Shown: in pieces, positions 19,134 to 29,121 of the stretch
How positions within the stretch are numbered: position 1 is the stretch's first letter
How the letters are laid out: each line of letters begins with the position of its first letter
NCBI GenBank assembly: GCA_964465685.1
Contig: CAYXKK010000011.1
Span: forward strand, 3,356 to 67,355
Direction of reading: 5' to 3'
DNA from: an uncultured Melioribacter sp.
GTDB taxonomy: Bacteria; Bacteroidota; Ignavibacteria; Kapaibacteriales; Kapaibacteriaceae
Length of the DNA stretch: 64,000 nucleotides
Notes under the pieces: generated by a model
What the model was told of the DNA's origin: nothing
Seen by the model: only the letters and a program-made list of their open reading frames with translations
Database searches by the model: none
Translations under genes and position numbers: made by a program

Positions 19134-21184
19134 TCGCTCTTGTCTGCATTCTCTCGTTTCTTCTTCCTGCAGGAGTCTATGCGCAGGGAGATGCTCCTGT
19201 CGTTGAAGTCGACATACGAGACGTGCCTAGTGGTGGGTACATTATCGCCGCGCCTCTTTCCCAGGATTCTCTTGGGTTTATTGATCTCTCTGGACGACTC
19301 GTCTACCGACGCGGCGTTGGTCTGCACACAAATCTCCAGGTGCATGGAACACGTCGTGCATCGGTGTTTACCGGAAACTTCGGGTTCTTCAATTACGTGT
19401 TGTTCGACAGCGCGTTGTCCCCTATCGATACCATCGTGGTTACTCCACCATACAGCACGGATTCCCACGAGGGTGTGATGTGGACCGATACAACGTTTAT
19501 GATGTTGGGGATCGACTTTCGGCCGTTTGATATGTCCACCGTAGTTGAGGGTGGACAGAAGAACGCATCGTTGATGACGACTGTTATTCAGGAGCGTCAC
19601 CTCGTAACAGATAGTGTGCTCTTCGAATGGAGTGCCACTGGCCGCATCCCTGTTACCGACGCTACACCGAACATCGAACTACGCCAGAGAACGATAGACT
19701 ACATCCACGCGAATTCAATTGCACGTGACACTGATGGCGACCTTATCGTCTCGTGTAGACACCTCGATGAAATCATCAAGATTCGACGTTCAGATGGTTC
19801 AATCGTTTGGCGCTTGGGTGGAGTTGCTTCCAAGAACAAGCAGTTCACGTTCATCAATGACGATCATGATGGTGTGCAGGGATTCTCGCATCAGCATACT
19901 GCGTTTCGGACGGCACGCGGCACGATCATGTTGTTCGATAACGGAAATCTAAAACCAGTGCAGCGTTCACGTGTGGTCGAGTATGCTCTGGATACCGTTG
20001 CCATGACTGCAACGCGTGTATGGTCGTATACGCCGGAGCCTCTGCTGTACAGCGCTTCACAGGGTAGCATTCAGGAGTTGCCAAACGGCAACGTGATTGT
20101 CGGATACAGCTCAACGAACGATCAACGTGTTGCGGAGGAAGTCGATCGCAATGGGTCGATCATCATGCAGGTGCGCACCACGTCGCAACGAGCTCTGCAG
20201 CCGTATCGCGTGCTGAAGTCAACAATGTCGTGCACGTCTATCGCACGGGATCTTCGTTTAGGCGATTCTGTTATGTATACAGATGCAGATAGCACAACAG
20301 GCATCTCGATCCGTGTTCGCAGCATCAGCATCCCTACGACGAGTCGAGTCGAGAAGCATCACTACGCTCCCCACGAGTGGCGCTCTTCCGACAGTATGCT
20401 TTGTGGTGTACTCTCTCAGCGTTGGACATTACGGTACGACACAGCTGCACAGGTACGAGGCTCATTGCACTTCAACGCAGCCGGGTATGCATCACCTGAA
20501 TCACTTGTACTGTACCATCGGTCTCGTGAGGGGTTTGGTGCGTTCACTGCCCTACCAACACGGTATAGTGTAGACTCGCGGTCTCTTACTCTTGATTCCA
20601 TCCTCTACGGTGAGTACGCAGCTGTATACACAAGATGCCCTGAATCAATCACTGTTCATCCTGTCTCTGGTGATGTAAATGTGCCAACCACAGCGGTCCT
20701 TCGTTGGTCGGAGGCACCTGACGCAGTTGCCTATGATGTGCAAGTATCATTGCAATCAGATATGACGGCGCCGTTGTTGGATGCGACGACGGCACGTCGA
20801 GACACGATTGTAAAGGGATTGCCCTCCGGAACACCTGTGTATTGGCGCGTACGCAAGCGCAGCGGTGCATCCCTAGGTCAATGGTCGACTGTATCCATGT
20901 TCACAACGGAACAGCCTGTTAGTGTGGAGTATGTCCGACACAACGATCTACGTCACGTCAGTATCTACGTGCGAGATGGACAGCTACATGTCACGGGGTT
21001 ACACAGCCAGACAGCTCGCATCGACGTCTACGATGTACTCGGTGCAGTAGTCGCCTCGGGACGCCTCGAGGCGACAGAGGATAGAGTTGCCCACATACAT
21101 GCTGCACGGCTACCACGCATATTTCTTGTTGTGGTATCGTCGGCAAGCGGACAACGCTTTCAACAACTGGTTATGCGACCGTAG
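19127..21184 (+). CDS. ASST-like propeller + unnamed domain + one FN3-like repeat + T9SS-like CTD
   Basis: DSHE, DYIHANS, SCRH, FSHQH and FDNG motifs; YWRVR; C-terminal YDVLGAVV. Confidence 0.8.
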   Translation: MVVALVCILSFLLPAGVYAQGDAPVVEVDIRDVPSGGYIIAAPLSQDSLGFIDLSGRLVYRRGVGLHTNLQVHGTRRASVFTGNFGFFNYVLFDSALSPIDTIVVTPPYSTDSHEGVMWTDTTFMMLGIDFRPFDMSTVVEGGQKNASLMTTVIQERHLVTDSVLFEWSATGRIPVTDATPNIELRQRTIDYIHANSIARDTDGDLIVSCRHLDEIIKIRRSDGSIVWRLGGVASKNKQFTFINDDHDGVQGFSHQHTAFRTARGTIMLFDNGNLKPVQRSRVVEYALDTVAMTATRVWSYTPEPLLYSASQGSIQELPNGNVIVGYSSTNDQRVAEEVDRNGSIIMQVRTTSQRALQPYRVLKSTMSCTSIARDLRLGDSVMYTDADSTTGISIRVRSISIPTTSRVEKHHYAPHEWRSSDSMLCGVLSQRWTLRYDTAAQVRGSLHFNAAGYASPESLVLYHRSREGFGAFTALPTRYSVDSRSLTLDSILYGEYAAVYTRCPESITVHPVSGDVNVPTTAVLRWSEAPDAVAYDVQVSLQSDMTAPLLDATTARRDTIVKGLPSGTPVYWRVRKRSGASLGQWSTVSMFTTEQPVSVEYVRHNDLRHVSIYVRDGQLHVTGLHSQTARIDVYDVLGAVVASGRLEATEDRVAHIHAARLPRIFLVVVSSASGQRFQQLVMRP

Positions 21185-21185
21185 T

Positions 21186-22826
21186 CTAGATATTGCCCTC
21201 TCGAAGCCACTGTGGTAAGGGGCTAACATAGATGTCGCCATCATCTCCTACAACGTAGATTGATGTGGCATCACACGACACTGTGCGTAGGACCATCGCT
21301 TTTGGAATTGTCGTTAGTGACCAGGTTACACCGGCATCAAGCGATGTGAAAAGCCCTGGATATCCAACACCAAGGACTACACCATTGTACACTATCGCAT
21401 CATTAAGCCTGATCTGATAGTCAGCCTTTACGCCGGGAGAGAAGAGTCCAAGTCGCCCGCTCTTGTCCATTGTATACGTACCTGTGGACGCGAACACGAG
21501 AAGCAGCGAATCGGTTTGCACAATCGACTGAACATTTTCCCCTTTGAGTGCCTCCGTTACAGGTGTAAACGTTCTTGCAGTGTCGAGGCTGCGAAAGAGT
21601 CCATTCGACGTGCATGCATAGAGTGTGGAGTCGTGTACTCGCAAATTTGTCAACTCGGACTGGGCAAACGGTGACGAGCGATAGTGCCATGTCGCACCAG
21701 TATCACGAGAGACATAGATGGAGCCGTCTGCAAGCCCCATGACAATTGCTCTGTCTAATGTGGTTACAACGTACTCGGAACTCGATGGAGCCAATGACGA
21801 TACCATTCGAAGACCCGCGCCATTCGCATCGAACATGAGAGCCCCTTTCAATCGTGAGCTTACAACCCATGACGCGTCAAGCTTCGATACTGACTGATGA
21901 AGACCCATGTGAATGCCATCAGAAATTGACCGAACGATATTGCTCCCCGATGAAATCGCCAGAACACCGTGCTCGCGCGATGCGATATATGTCGCTCGGT
22001 CATTCACACATAGCGCTTGTACATCAAGAGCGCCCTCGATTCGGTCGACAAGCATTTGCTCCCAAGCGGTTGAACCCAATTTGACCCGAAAGACGCCACC
22101 TGCATTGAGTTTCGTTCCGACGAAGAGTGTATCTGACACGAGTGCTAAGGACGAAACTATCTGTCCATCCAGTAGTCGAGTTTCTATTGTTGATGTCTGT
22201 TCTGTAGAGAGGTTATGCACACGAAGACCACCATCGCGCGTTGCGAGGATGATTGAGGTGTCGTTGACAAGAACTGCTGTAGCCTCTGCAACTTTATTCC
22301 ACGTCACAGTACGCTGAATACCTGTCGAGTGCAATTGAAGCACAATGCTATCTGATCGCTTACTCTCCATGGACGGACGTGGCCAGGATGCCAGATCCAT
22401 AGTCTCTGTAGGACGAGGTTCCGCCTGGATTGAGAACCCACCTACTGGCTTGTACTTCAGTCGGCGTGTAACACTCCAATGCAATCCGTGATCAGTGCTC
22501 CGGTAGACTGTGCCGTGGCCTGATCCTGCATAAATTGTGTCTCCTTGGGCAAAAACAGCAGTGATGTTTTTATGTGGCAACGGCTCGGCTAAACTTTCCC
22601 ACTTCACACCGTTGTTTGATGTGCGAAACACGTCTTGGTTCGTCACGAGAATCAAGGTAGTGTCGGACCGGAGAATTGCATTGACACCAAAGAAGACAGA
22701 CTTTCCGAGCTTCTGAAACGCAAACGTATCGGCTGGGTCGCGTTTGCGATCGAGGGAGGGAGAAGGTGATGTCGCGCAGCCCACTACAGCAACAGCAACC
22801 ATGAATACAATTCCGAGACGAAGCAT
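21186..22826 (-). CDS. BNR/Asp-box beta-propeller lipoprotein
   Basis: Lipobox VVGC; repeated S.D.G..W Asp-boxes (STDHGLHW, SRDTGATW, SLDAGVTW). Confidence 0.75.
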   Translation of the reverse strand: MLRLGIVFMVAVAVVGCATSPSPSLDRKRDPADTFAFQKLGKSVFFGVNAILRSDTTLILVTNQDVFRTSNNGVKWESLAEPLPHKNITAVFAQGDTIYAGSGHGTVYRSTDHGLHWSVTRRLKYKPVGGFSIQAEPRPTETMDLASWPRPSMESKRSDSIVLQLHSTGIQRTVTWNKVAEATAVLVNDTSIILATRDGGLRVHNLSTEQTSTIETRLLDGQIVSSLALVSDTLFVGTKLNAGGVFRVKLGSTAWEQMLVDRIEGALDVQALCVNDRATYIASREHGVLAISSGSNIVRSISDGIHMGLHQSVSKLDASWVVSSRLKGALMFDANGAGLRMVSSLAPSSSEYVVTTLDRAIVMGLADGSIYVSRDTGATWHYRSSPFAQSELTNLRVHDSTLYACTSNGLFRSLDTARTFTPVTEALKGENVQSIVQTDSLLLVFASTGTYTMDKSGRLGLFSPGVKADYQIRLNDAIVYNGVVLGVGYPGLFTSLDAGVTWSLTTIPKAMVLRTVSCDATSIYVVGDDGDIYVSPLPQWLREGNI

Positions 22827-25800
22827 GCAGCAAATATCGACAACTCTCGAACGCGTAGGGGTCGTTCTTCTCCTCGTAACTACCCTGCTGTGTACGTCTT
22901 CGCTGTCAGCTCAGGTGGCCTTTCGCGATCTCGATGTTTCGGTTCTTGTCAATCCCGCACCTGGGTATTTCTTTATTGCTCCAAACTCGATGGATTCAGT
23001 TTCCCTACTTGACCACGCCGGAAAGAACATGTTCAAGCGTCGAGTTGGGCCACATGCAAATGTTCTTCCGTATCAAGGCAAGTGGCTCACGCACTTCGCT
23101 ACAATCGGAAACACACCGGTCTTCATCCGTAGAGATGTCAATCTGAATGTTATCGACACACTCACCACCGCAAATGGTGTCAAGGTTGATTTTCACGAGT
23201 GTCGGATCATCTCTGACACGAGCTATATCATTCTTGGCATTCGTGAGGACACTGTTAATCTCTCATCGATACCGGGTGGTAATCCTCGAGCGCTCGTGTG
23301 GAACAACGTCATTCAGGAGCGGACGTTTTCCGGGAGGACACTTTTTGAATGGCGCTCGCTGGATCATATCCCTGTTGCCGATGCAATCGACAGTGTTGAG
23401 GTCACCACACCCGTTGTGGATTACATCCACATCAACTCTGTTGTCGTAGACACAGATGGCAACTACCTAGTCTCTTGTCGACATACCGATGAAGTCATCA
23501 AGATCAACCGCTCCAACGGATCTGTGATGTGGCGGTTAGGGGGCTCACTTTCAAAGGGAAATGAGTTTCAATGGCTCAACGACTCTGTAGGGGGCTTCAC
23601 AGGTTTCAGTCATCAGCATTCTGCCGTACGCACTAAGCGTGGCACGATCTTACTATTTGACAATGGCAACTTTAAGCCCGGCGAACGTGTCTCGCGAGTG
23701 GTTGAATACGAGGTCGATGAGCAGGCAAAGACTGTTCGCAAGGTTTTCGAATTCATCCCAACACCCACGATCTATGCCGCCACCATGGGCAGCGTTCAGG
23801 AATTACCAAATGAGCATATCGTAATCGGATGGGGATCGGGATCGAATCGAACTGTAGCACACGAAATTGATCGTAGTGGCACCGTTCACGTCCGAATCGA
23901 CAACCCAACGCAGAGTGGGTTTGTTGCGTACCGTGTTGTGAAATCCGTGTTCGCTATGACAGGCATCGAGCGTACACTTACGGCCGTTGGCACAACGACC
24001 TTTGCTGATGCCGATAGTACAACGTTTGTGGCGGTTGTGGCAACTCGCGTTACAGACAGCACTCGAGTGACTGTTGAACGACACAACTATGCACCGCATG
24101 CAGTGTCGTTTGCAGATACCAGCTATTGCTCGATCGTTCCAATGCGATGGACAGTGCGTGTGGTGGACTCGTCAAAGATTGCAGGTTCGCTGCGGTTTAG
24201 TGTTCGTGATGTTCCGGGTGTCGCCTTGCCGTCGAAAGCGCTCTTGTTTGCCAGATCACGTGAAGGACGAGGTACGTTTTCGCGTGTAGCGGCGGTGTAT
24301 GATTCAAGCACAGGCGCTTTAACAACATCGTCTCTCCGCTACGGTGAGTTTCTCATCGCGTTTGCTGATTGTACCGTGCCACAGCTCATCTCTCCCGTGA
24401 GCAATGAAACTGAAGTAGCTATCAACGCGCAATTGCGGTGGTCGCCAGCACTGCAGACGGATGGTTATCAAGTTGAGGTTTCACGGTCGGGGACATTCGT
24501 CGATGCGACACGGCTCAACGTTTCAGGTGAAGACACGGTCGTGCAGGGTCTTGCGTTCTATACGCGTTATTTCTGGCGTGTTCGCCCAGCTCTGCCGAAT
24601 GCACGCTTTGGAGACTGGTCTACGCCCTGGAGCTTTGTTACGCAATTGCCGACACCGACACTCGTATCCCCTGTCATAGGTCGTGACACGATTGCAACAC
24701 AGACACCGGTGAACCTTGTTTGGCGACGATCGGCATTCGCGGCGAGATATCGGTACCGCGTTGTTCCTGTAGATCGCAAGAGCGACAGTTTGTCCTCAAC
24801 AACAAGCGACACGTCGGTTGCAAATCTCGTTGGTCTGCGTCCCAACACGTGGTATGAATGGTCGGTACGACCGATATCAGACTCTGGTATTGTCGGACGA
24901 TGGACGGAATCAGCTCGCTTTGTCACATCTCCACCTGCTCCTATACTTCGTACCCCAGTACAAGACGCCGAGGATATCACAGTCGATCGCCCTCGATTTG
25001 AGTGGTTACCTGTCGATGGTGCTGCGCGGTATGTGATTTCGATTCGGAATGCATCTGATGGTCGTCCGTTCACCATCGATTCGACCACTGGTACATCATA
25101 TGTGCCAGACACGCTCCCGATGAATACACGGTGTGTGTGGTCGGTCCATGCTGTTGGTCTCTACGGACGCGGTCCCTCGTCACGAGCGTGGAGTTTCTCG
25201 ACTACGTCGTCGTTTGTGTTAGATCCACCAATGACGATTGCTCCGAAGAATATCGATCAGGTCGACACGGCGATGACATCGTTTTTGTGGTCGCGCGTAG
25301 AGGGTGCAACGTCCTATGATCTTCAAGCAACCGAAGGTGGAACGTTTGCTTCACCTGAGATAGAGGTCTTAGGAGTCGCGAATCCGTTTTGTGATGTTGC
25401 TGCTCTACGTCCCGGCACAACCTATCGTTGGCGTGTCATCGGATATTCCGATACGGCCGTTGGCCGTTGGTCTGATACAGCAACCTTTACCACACGCGCC
25501 CGATTCGAACAGAGTCTCGTACCACTGAGTCCAGCTCGAGAGGCTACTGATGTTCCGCTGCGTGGAGTTCTCCGCTTTACAACGTCTCCGACATATGTCG
25601 AGTATGAGGCACAGTTTGCTCGTGATCCGTTCTTCTCATCAGTCGAGCACACATTCCGAAGCCTAGCTGATACAGTTGAGTACTATGGATTGAGCGCAGC
25701 AACGCAGTACTATTGGCGTGTTGTTGGTTTTCTGCCTGGTGATCGTTTGGACATTGGGGAATACTCAACGTTTACGACTACGACGTCGACTTCAGTACGC

Positions 25801-26052
25801 AACGAAAACCACACCCTCGAAGATGTTACCATCACAATGCGTACGGATGGCATCATCGTACACCTCCCTCTTTCAGATCTTTACTCTGTGTCTGTCTTCG
25901 ACCTACGAGGACGTAGAATTCTGACACACCGCACCCAAGCTCCTACAGAGACGATCTTTTTACCGCTTTCTGCAGACCCGACAGGGTGCTATCTACTTGA
26001 AATACAAGGAGATACGCGAAACAGTACCTGTGTTCTCATGATTTGTGAGTAG
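22825..26052 (+). CDS. ASST-like propeller + unnamed domain + about 5 FN3-like repeats + T9SS-like CTD
   Basis: DFHE, DYIHINS, SCRH, FSHQH and FDNG motifs; colinear with 15921..19133; signal peptide ending SAQ; start position inferred. Confidence 0.8.
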   Translation: MQQISTTLERVGVVLLLVTTLLCTSSLSAQVAFRDLDVSVLVNPAPGYFFIAPNSMDSVSLLDHAGKNMFKRRVGPHANVLPYQGKWLTHFATIGNTPVFIRRDVNLNVIDTLTTANGVKVDFHECRIISDTSYIILGIREDTVNLSSIPGGNPRALVWNNVIQERTFSGRTLFEWRSLDHIPVADAIDSVEVTTPVVDYIHINSVVVDTDGNYLVSCRHTDEVIKINRSNGSVMWRLGGSLSKGNEFQWLNDSVGGFTGFSHQHSAVRTKRGTILLFDNGNFKPGERVSRVVEYEVDEQAKTVRKVFEFIPTPTIYAATMGSVQELPNEHIVIGWGSGSNRTVAHEIDRSGTVHVRIDNPTQSGFVAYRVVKSVFAMTGIERTLTAVGTTTFADADSTTFVAVVATRVTDSTRVTVERHNYAPHAVSFADTSYCSIVPMRWTVRVVDSSKIAGSLRFSVRDVPGVALPSKALLFARSREGRGTFSRVAAVYDSSTGALTTSSLRYGEFLIAFADCTVPQLISPVSNETEVAINAQLRWSPALQTDGYQVEVSRSGTFVDATRLNVSGEDTVVQGLAFYTRYFWRVRPALPNARFGDWSTPWSFVTQLPTPTLVSPVIGRDTIATQTPVNLVWRRSAFAARYRYRVVPVDRKSDSLSSTTSDTSVANLVGLRPNTWYEWSVRPISDSGIVGRWTESARFVTSPPAPILRTPVQDAEDITVDRPRFEWLPVDGAARYVISIRNASDGRPFTIDSTTGTSYVPDTLPMNTRCVWSVHAVGLYGRGPSSRAWSFSTTSSFVLDPPMTIAPKNIDQVDTAMTSFLWSRVEGATSYDLQATEGGTFASPEIEVLGVANPFCDVAALRPGTTYRWRVIGYSDTAVGRWSDTATFTTRARFEQSLVPLSPAREATDVPLRGVLRFTTSPTYVEYEAQFARDPFFSSVEHTFRSLADTVEYYGLSAATQYYWRVVGFLPGDRLDIGEYSTFTTTTSTSVRNENHTLEDVTITMRTDGIIVHLPLSDLYSVSVFDLRGRRILTHRTQAPTETIFLPLSADPTGCYLLEIQGDTRNSTCVLMICE

Positions 26053-26211
26053 ATTCTCGCGTAACCTTTGGGTTAAAAGAGTGTTAGATGGTTGGTCAAC
26101 ACGTGTGTCCGAATGGATACACGGGTGATTCACGTATGCGGCGGCGTTGCGCTGCATGTTGACATGCGAACCTTCAATTCGTTTTACATCATCAATCTGA
26201 GGGGATGGTCT

Positions 26212-28899
26212 ATGCAGTCCGTTCTTCGACGTTTTGGTTTCACACGTGTGGGCATGCGTGCACTTGTCGCACTGCTCGCACTGTTGCCGCTGCTCAGCAC
26301 GGTCGACGTGCAGGCACAGTGTACATACGGCTGGGGCAACATCTTTGTAACCGCGCCTGCGACTGGTGCAACGGTAACTACGGGTACCAATGCTACTGTT
26401 TCGTGGTATGGTGATCGATACACCATCGGGAATTACGGTGGGAAGTACGGTATCGAGTACTCTAGCAACGGTGGCGCTAGCTGGGTTAGCATTTCGAATA
26501 ACGTCGATGGGTATGCCCGCTCGTACACGTGGGCTATTCCAGCTGGCTTGACGCCTGGTTCGAACTACCGTATTCGCGTTAGCGAAGTTCCGGGATCTAG
26601 CTGGTATTGCGCGTTTTCGAATCCGGGGACAAGCGGTCAGTTCACTGTGGTCAAGGGCTGTTTTGCCCCAACAATCTCTGCGCAGCCAACAAGCCGCACG
26701 GTATGTGCGAACACAAGCACAACATTCACAGTTGGTTCAACATTGCTAGCGGGCGAGGGTACGTGGGAATGGCGCAAGAATGGAACTCCAATTCCTGGTG
26801 CCAATGCAGCATCGTACACTATTGCCTCTGTACAAACAGGCGATGCCGGTGTGTATGACTGTGTTTTGAAGGATAATTGTGACCCTGTTAAGACTCTCAC
26901 AACATCATCAGCAGCTCAGTTAACGGTCAATCTTCCACCAGCAATTACAAATGCTCCAGCTGGCCGCACAATCTGCGAAAACGCCAACGACACACTCCGT
27001 GTTCGCTCAACTGGCGCTGGTCGTACGTTCCAGTGGTTCAAGGACGGCGTAGCAATCGCTGGTGCACGTGACTCTAACTTCATCATTAACAATGCTGGTA
27101 CAGCGGCAATCGGCGTGTACACGTGTACCGTATCGGGCACATGCTCGCCTGCAGCTACAACACCAGCGTGTTCAGTGCTTGTTGCTCTTCGCCCACGCGT
27201 AACACAAGAGCCAACAAACCTCGACATCTGTCCAGGAACAAACGGGTCGATTAGCGTGACCGCTTCGGGATTGAACCTTGTGTATCAGTGGTTCCGCAAC
27301 GGCGTTGCAGTGCCGAATGCGTTCAACTCGACTCTTGCGTTTACGAACTACGCGTATGATGCAGATGGGCAGTACTACTGCATGATCTCATCGAACATTC
27401 CGAATCCAAACAACTGTGTTGTTACAGCACAATCACGCACTGTTCGTGTTTCCGGCTTCCGTCCGCCGTCAGTCAAGGAAAGCCCACGTAGCCTTGATGC
27501 ATGTGTGACTACGAATGTGACTCTTGTTTCAGATTTCTCAGGTACCGGTCTTTCGTATCAGTGGTTCCGCAATGGTGTTGCAGTACCAGGTGCGTCATCA
27601 AACTCTCTGACGCTCACAAACGTGACACCTGCCAACTCTGGCAAGTATTATGCTGTCGCAACAGGTACATGTAATCTTACAGCCACAACAGACACAGCAA
27701 CAATCACAGTGATCGCCAAGCCGAAGCTCACAACACAGCCAACGAATCAAAACCTGACGGTTGGTGAACGCCTTGAGCTTTCGGTAGATGGTTCTGACGC
27801 TCGTACGATCCAATGGACGAAGAACGATCAGCCAATCAACGGCGCAACTGGCAACACGTTTGTCATTCAAAGCGTAACAAAGGGCGATGCTGGCCTCTAC
27901 AACGCACGCGTGTCAAACTCGTGTGGTGGTGTTTCATCAGCATATGCCAACGTAACAGTCAAGGATCCAACTGTTCCGGAACCAATTCTTGAGCTTTCAC
28001 AGACAAGCATCGAGTTTGGCGAGATTCCTGTCGGGTACGACAAGTCAATCACTGCTCCTGCATTGATCAAGAACATCGGCACAGCTCCGATGACAGTGTC
28101 TGTTCTTACAGCTACACCATCAGAGTTCTCGATCACCAATGCTCCGGCACTTCCGTTGACACTCAACCCTGGTGAGTCGTCAACTATCACCATCAAGGCT
28201 ACACCTACGAATAAGGGCAACCTCGCTGGCAACCTCAACATCCGTACAAACGCTCCAGCCAACCCAAGCGCAAACGTTGCTCTTACAGCTGCGTACGTGC
28301 TTCGTTACGACCACACTGCCAGCGAAGACTACGGCACGGTCATGACAGACACACCTGCTGAGCGCTGCGTTGTTCTTACAAACACATCAGCTCTTGACAT
28401 TGCCATTGAGCAAGTAACCTTCACAGGTATGGATGCTGGTCTGTTCACAACAGTGACAACACTTCCACTGCAGATTGCTGCTGGTCAAACTGGCGAGCTG
28501 TGTGTGAAGTTTGCTCCTGCTACAGCTGGCAACAAGAATGCAACGATGAACATCCGTTCGTCGAACGGCGGTAACTCATCGATCGCTCTCAGCGGTAAGG
28601 GTGAAGTTCCTGGTGGTGTTATCGACGCAGTCGAAGCTGGTATCTCGGCATGGCCGAACCCAATGACAGACCGCGTTGAGGTGCGCTTTAGCAAGCCAAC
28701 ACCGTCGATGAACGTGAGCGTCGTCAGCACATCTGGTGCTACGGTTGCTGCCTTTACACACGATGGTGTTGAAGCTGGTGGATCGATCCGTTGGAATGGT
28801 CGTGATACTGCCGGTTCGCTTGTCGCATCTGGCACATACACAATGATCATTCGCTATGGTGATGTGAATGTGGCTGTTCCACTGACAGTGGTGCGCTAA
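26212..28899 (+). CDS. Secreted Ig-repeat surface protein: Kre9/KNH-like N-domain, 5 Ig domains, 2 choice-of-anchor D/ASH-like domains, FlgD/T9SS-type CTD
   Basis: YQWFRNG...G.Y.C Ig repeats; SIEFG...IKNIGTAP; WPNP...WNGRD...ASGTY tail; GAGGGG RBS. Confidence 0.8.
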   Translation: MQSVLRRFGFTRVGMRALVALLALLPLLSTVDVQAQCTYGWGNIFVTAPATGATVTTGTNATVSWYGDRYTIGNYGGKYGIEYSSNGGASWVSISNNVDGYARSYTWAIPAGLTPGSNYRIRVSEVPGSSWYCAFSNPGTSGQFTVVKGCFAPTISAQPTSRTVCANTSTTFTVGSTLLAGEGTWEWRKNGTPIPGANAASYTIASVQTGDAGVYDCVLKDNCDPVKTLTTSSAAQLTVNLPPAITNAPAGRTICENANDTLRVRSTGAGRTFQWFKDGVAIAGARDSNFIINNAGTAAIGVYTCTVSGTCSPAATTPACSVLVALRPRVTQEPTNLDICPGTNGSISVTASGLNLVYQWFRNGVAVPNAFNSTLAFTNYAYDADGQYYCMISSNIPNPNNCVVTAQSRTVRVSGFRPPSVKESPRSLDACVTTNVTLVSDFSGTGLSYQWFRNGVAVPGASSNSLTLTNVTPANSGKYYAVATGTCNLTATTDTATITVIAKPKLTTQPTNQNLTVGERLELSVDGSDARTIQWTKNDQPINGATGNTFVIQSVTKGDAGLYNARVSNSCGGVSSAYANVTVKDPTVPEPILELSQTSIEFGEIPVGYDKSITAPALIKNIGTAPMTVSVLTATPSEFSITNAPALPLTLNPGESSTITIKATPTNKGNLAGNLNIRTNAPANPSANVALTAAYVLRYDHTASEDYGTVMTDTPAERCVVLTNTSALDIAIEQVTFTGMDAGLFTTVTTLPLQIAAGQTGELCVKFAPATAGNKNATMNIRSSNGGNSSIALSGKGEVPGGVIDAVEAGISAWPNPMTDRVEVRFSKPTPSMNVSVVSTSGATVAAFTHDGVEAGGSIRWNGRDTAGSLVASGTYTMIIRYGDVNVAVPLTVVR
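27988..28850 (+). repeat. 863-bp direct repeat, copy 1
   Basis: Matches 30880..31742 at offset 2892; sense and antisense ORF translations are identical across the block. Confidence 0.9.
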
Positions 28900-28926
28900 C
28901 AACGACGTTGTTAAATGGTTACAATG

Positions 28927-28955
28927 AAAACGCCCCCTCGGGGGCGTTTTTTTTT
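28927..28955 (+). terminator. Intrinsic terminator
   Basis: AAAACGCCCCC-TC-GGGGGCGTTTT hairpin followed by a T run, just after the stop at 28899. Confidence 0.85.
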
Positions 28956-29121
28956 GCACTGTTGTGCAGATAGCAGGGTAAGTCTTTGGAATACATGGGG
29001 TTACAATTGTTGTTCCCCAGTACAGATATTTTCTTCATTTTCATCCCTAGGCCTCCCGAAACTGTGGCAGCCTCTTGTGTCGTGAACAAACCTCTTATCA
29101 TCATTTTATCAAGGTCTCACC

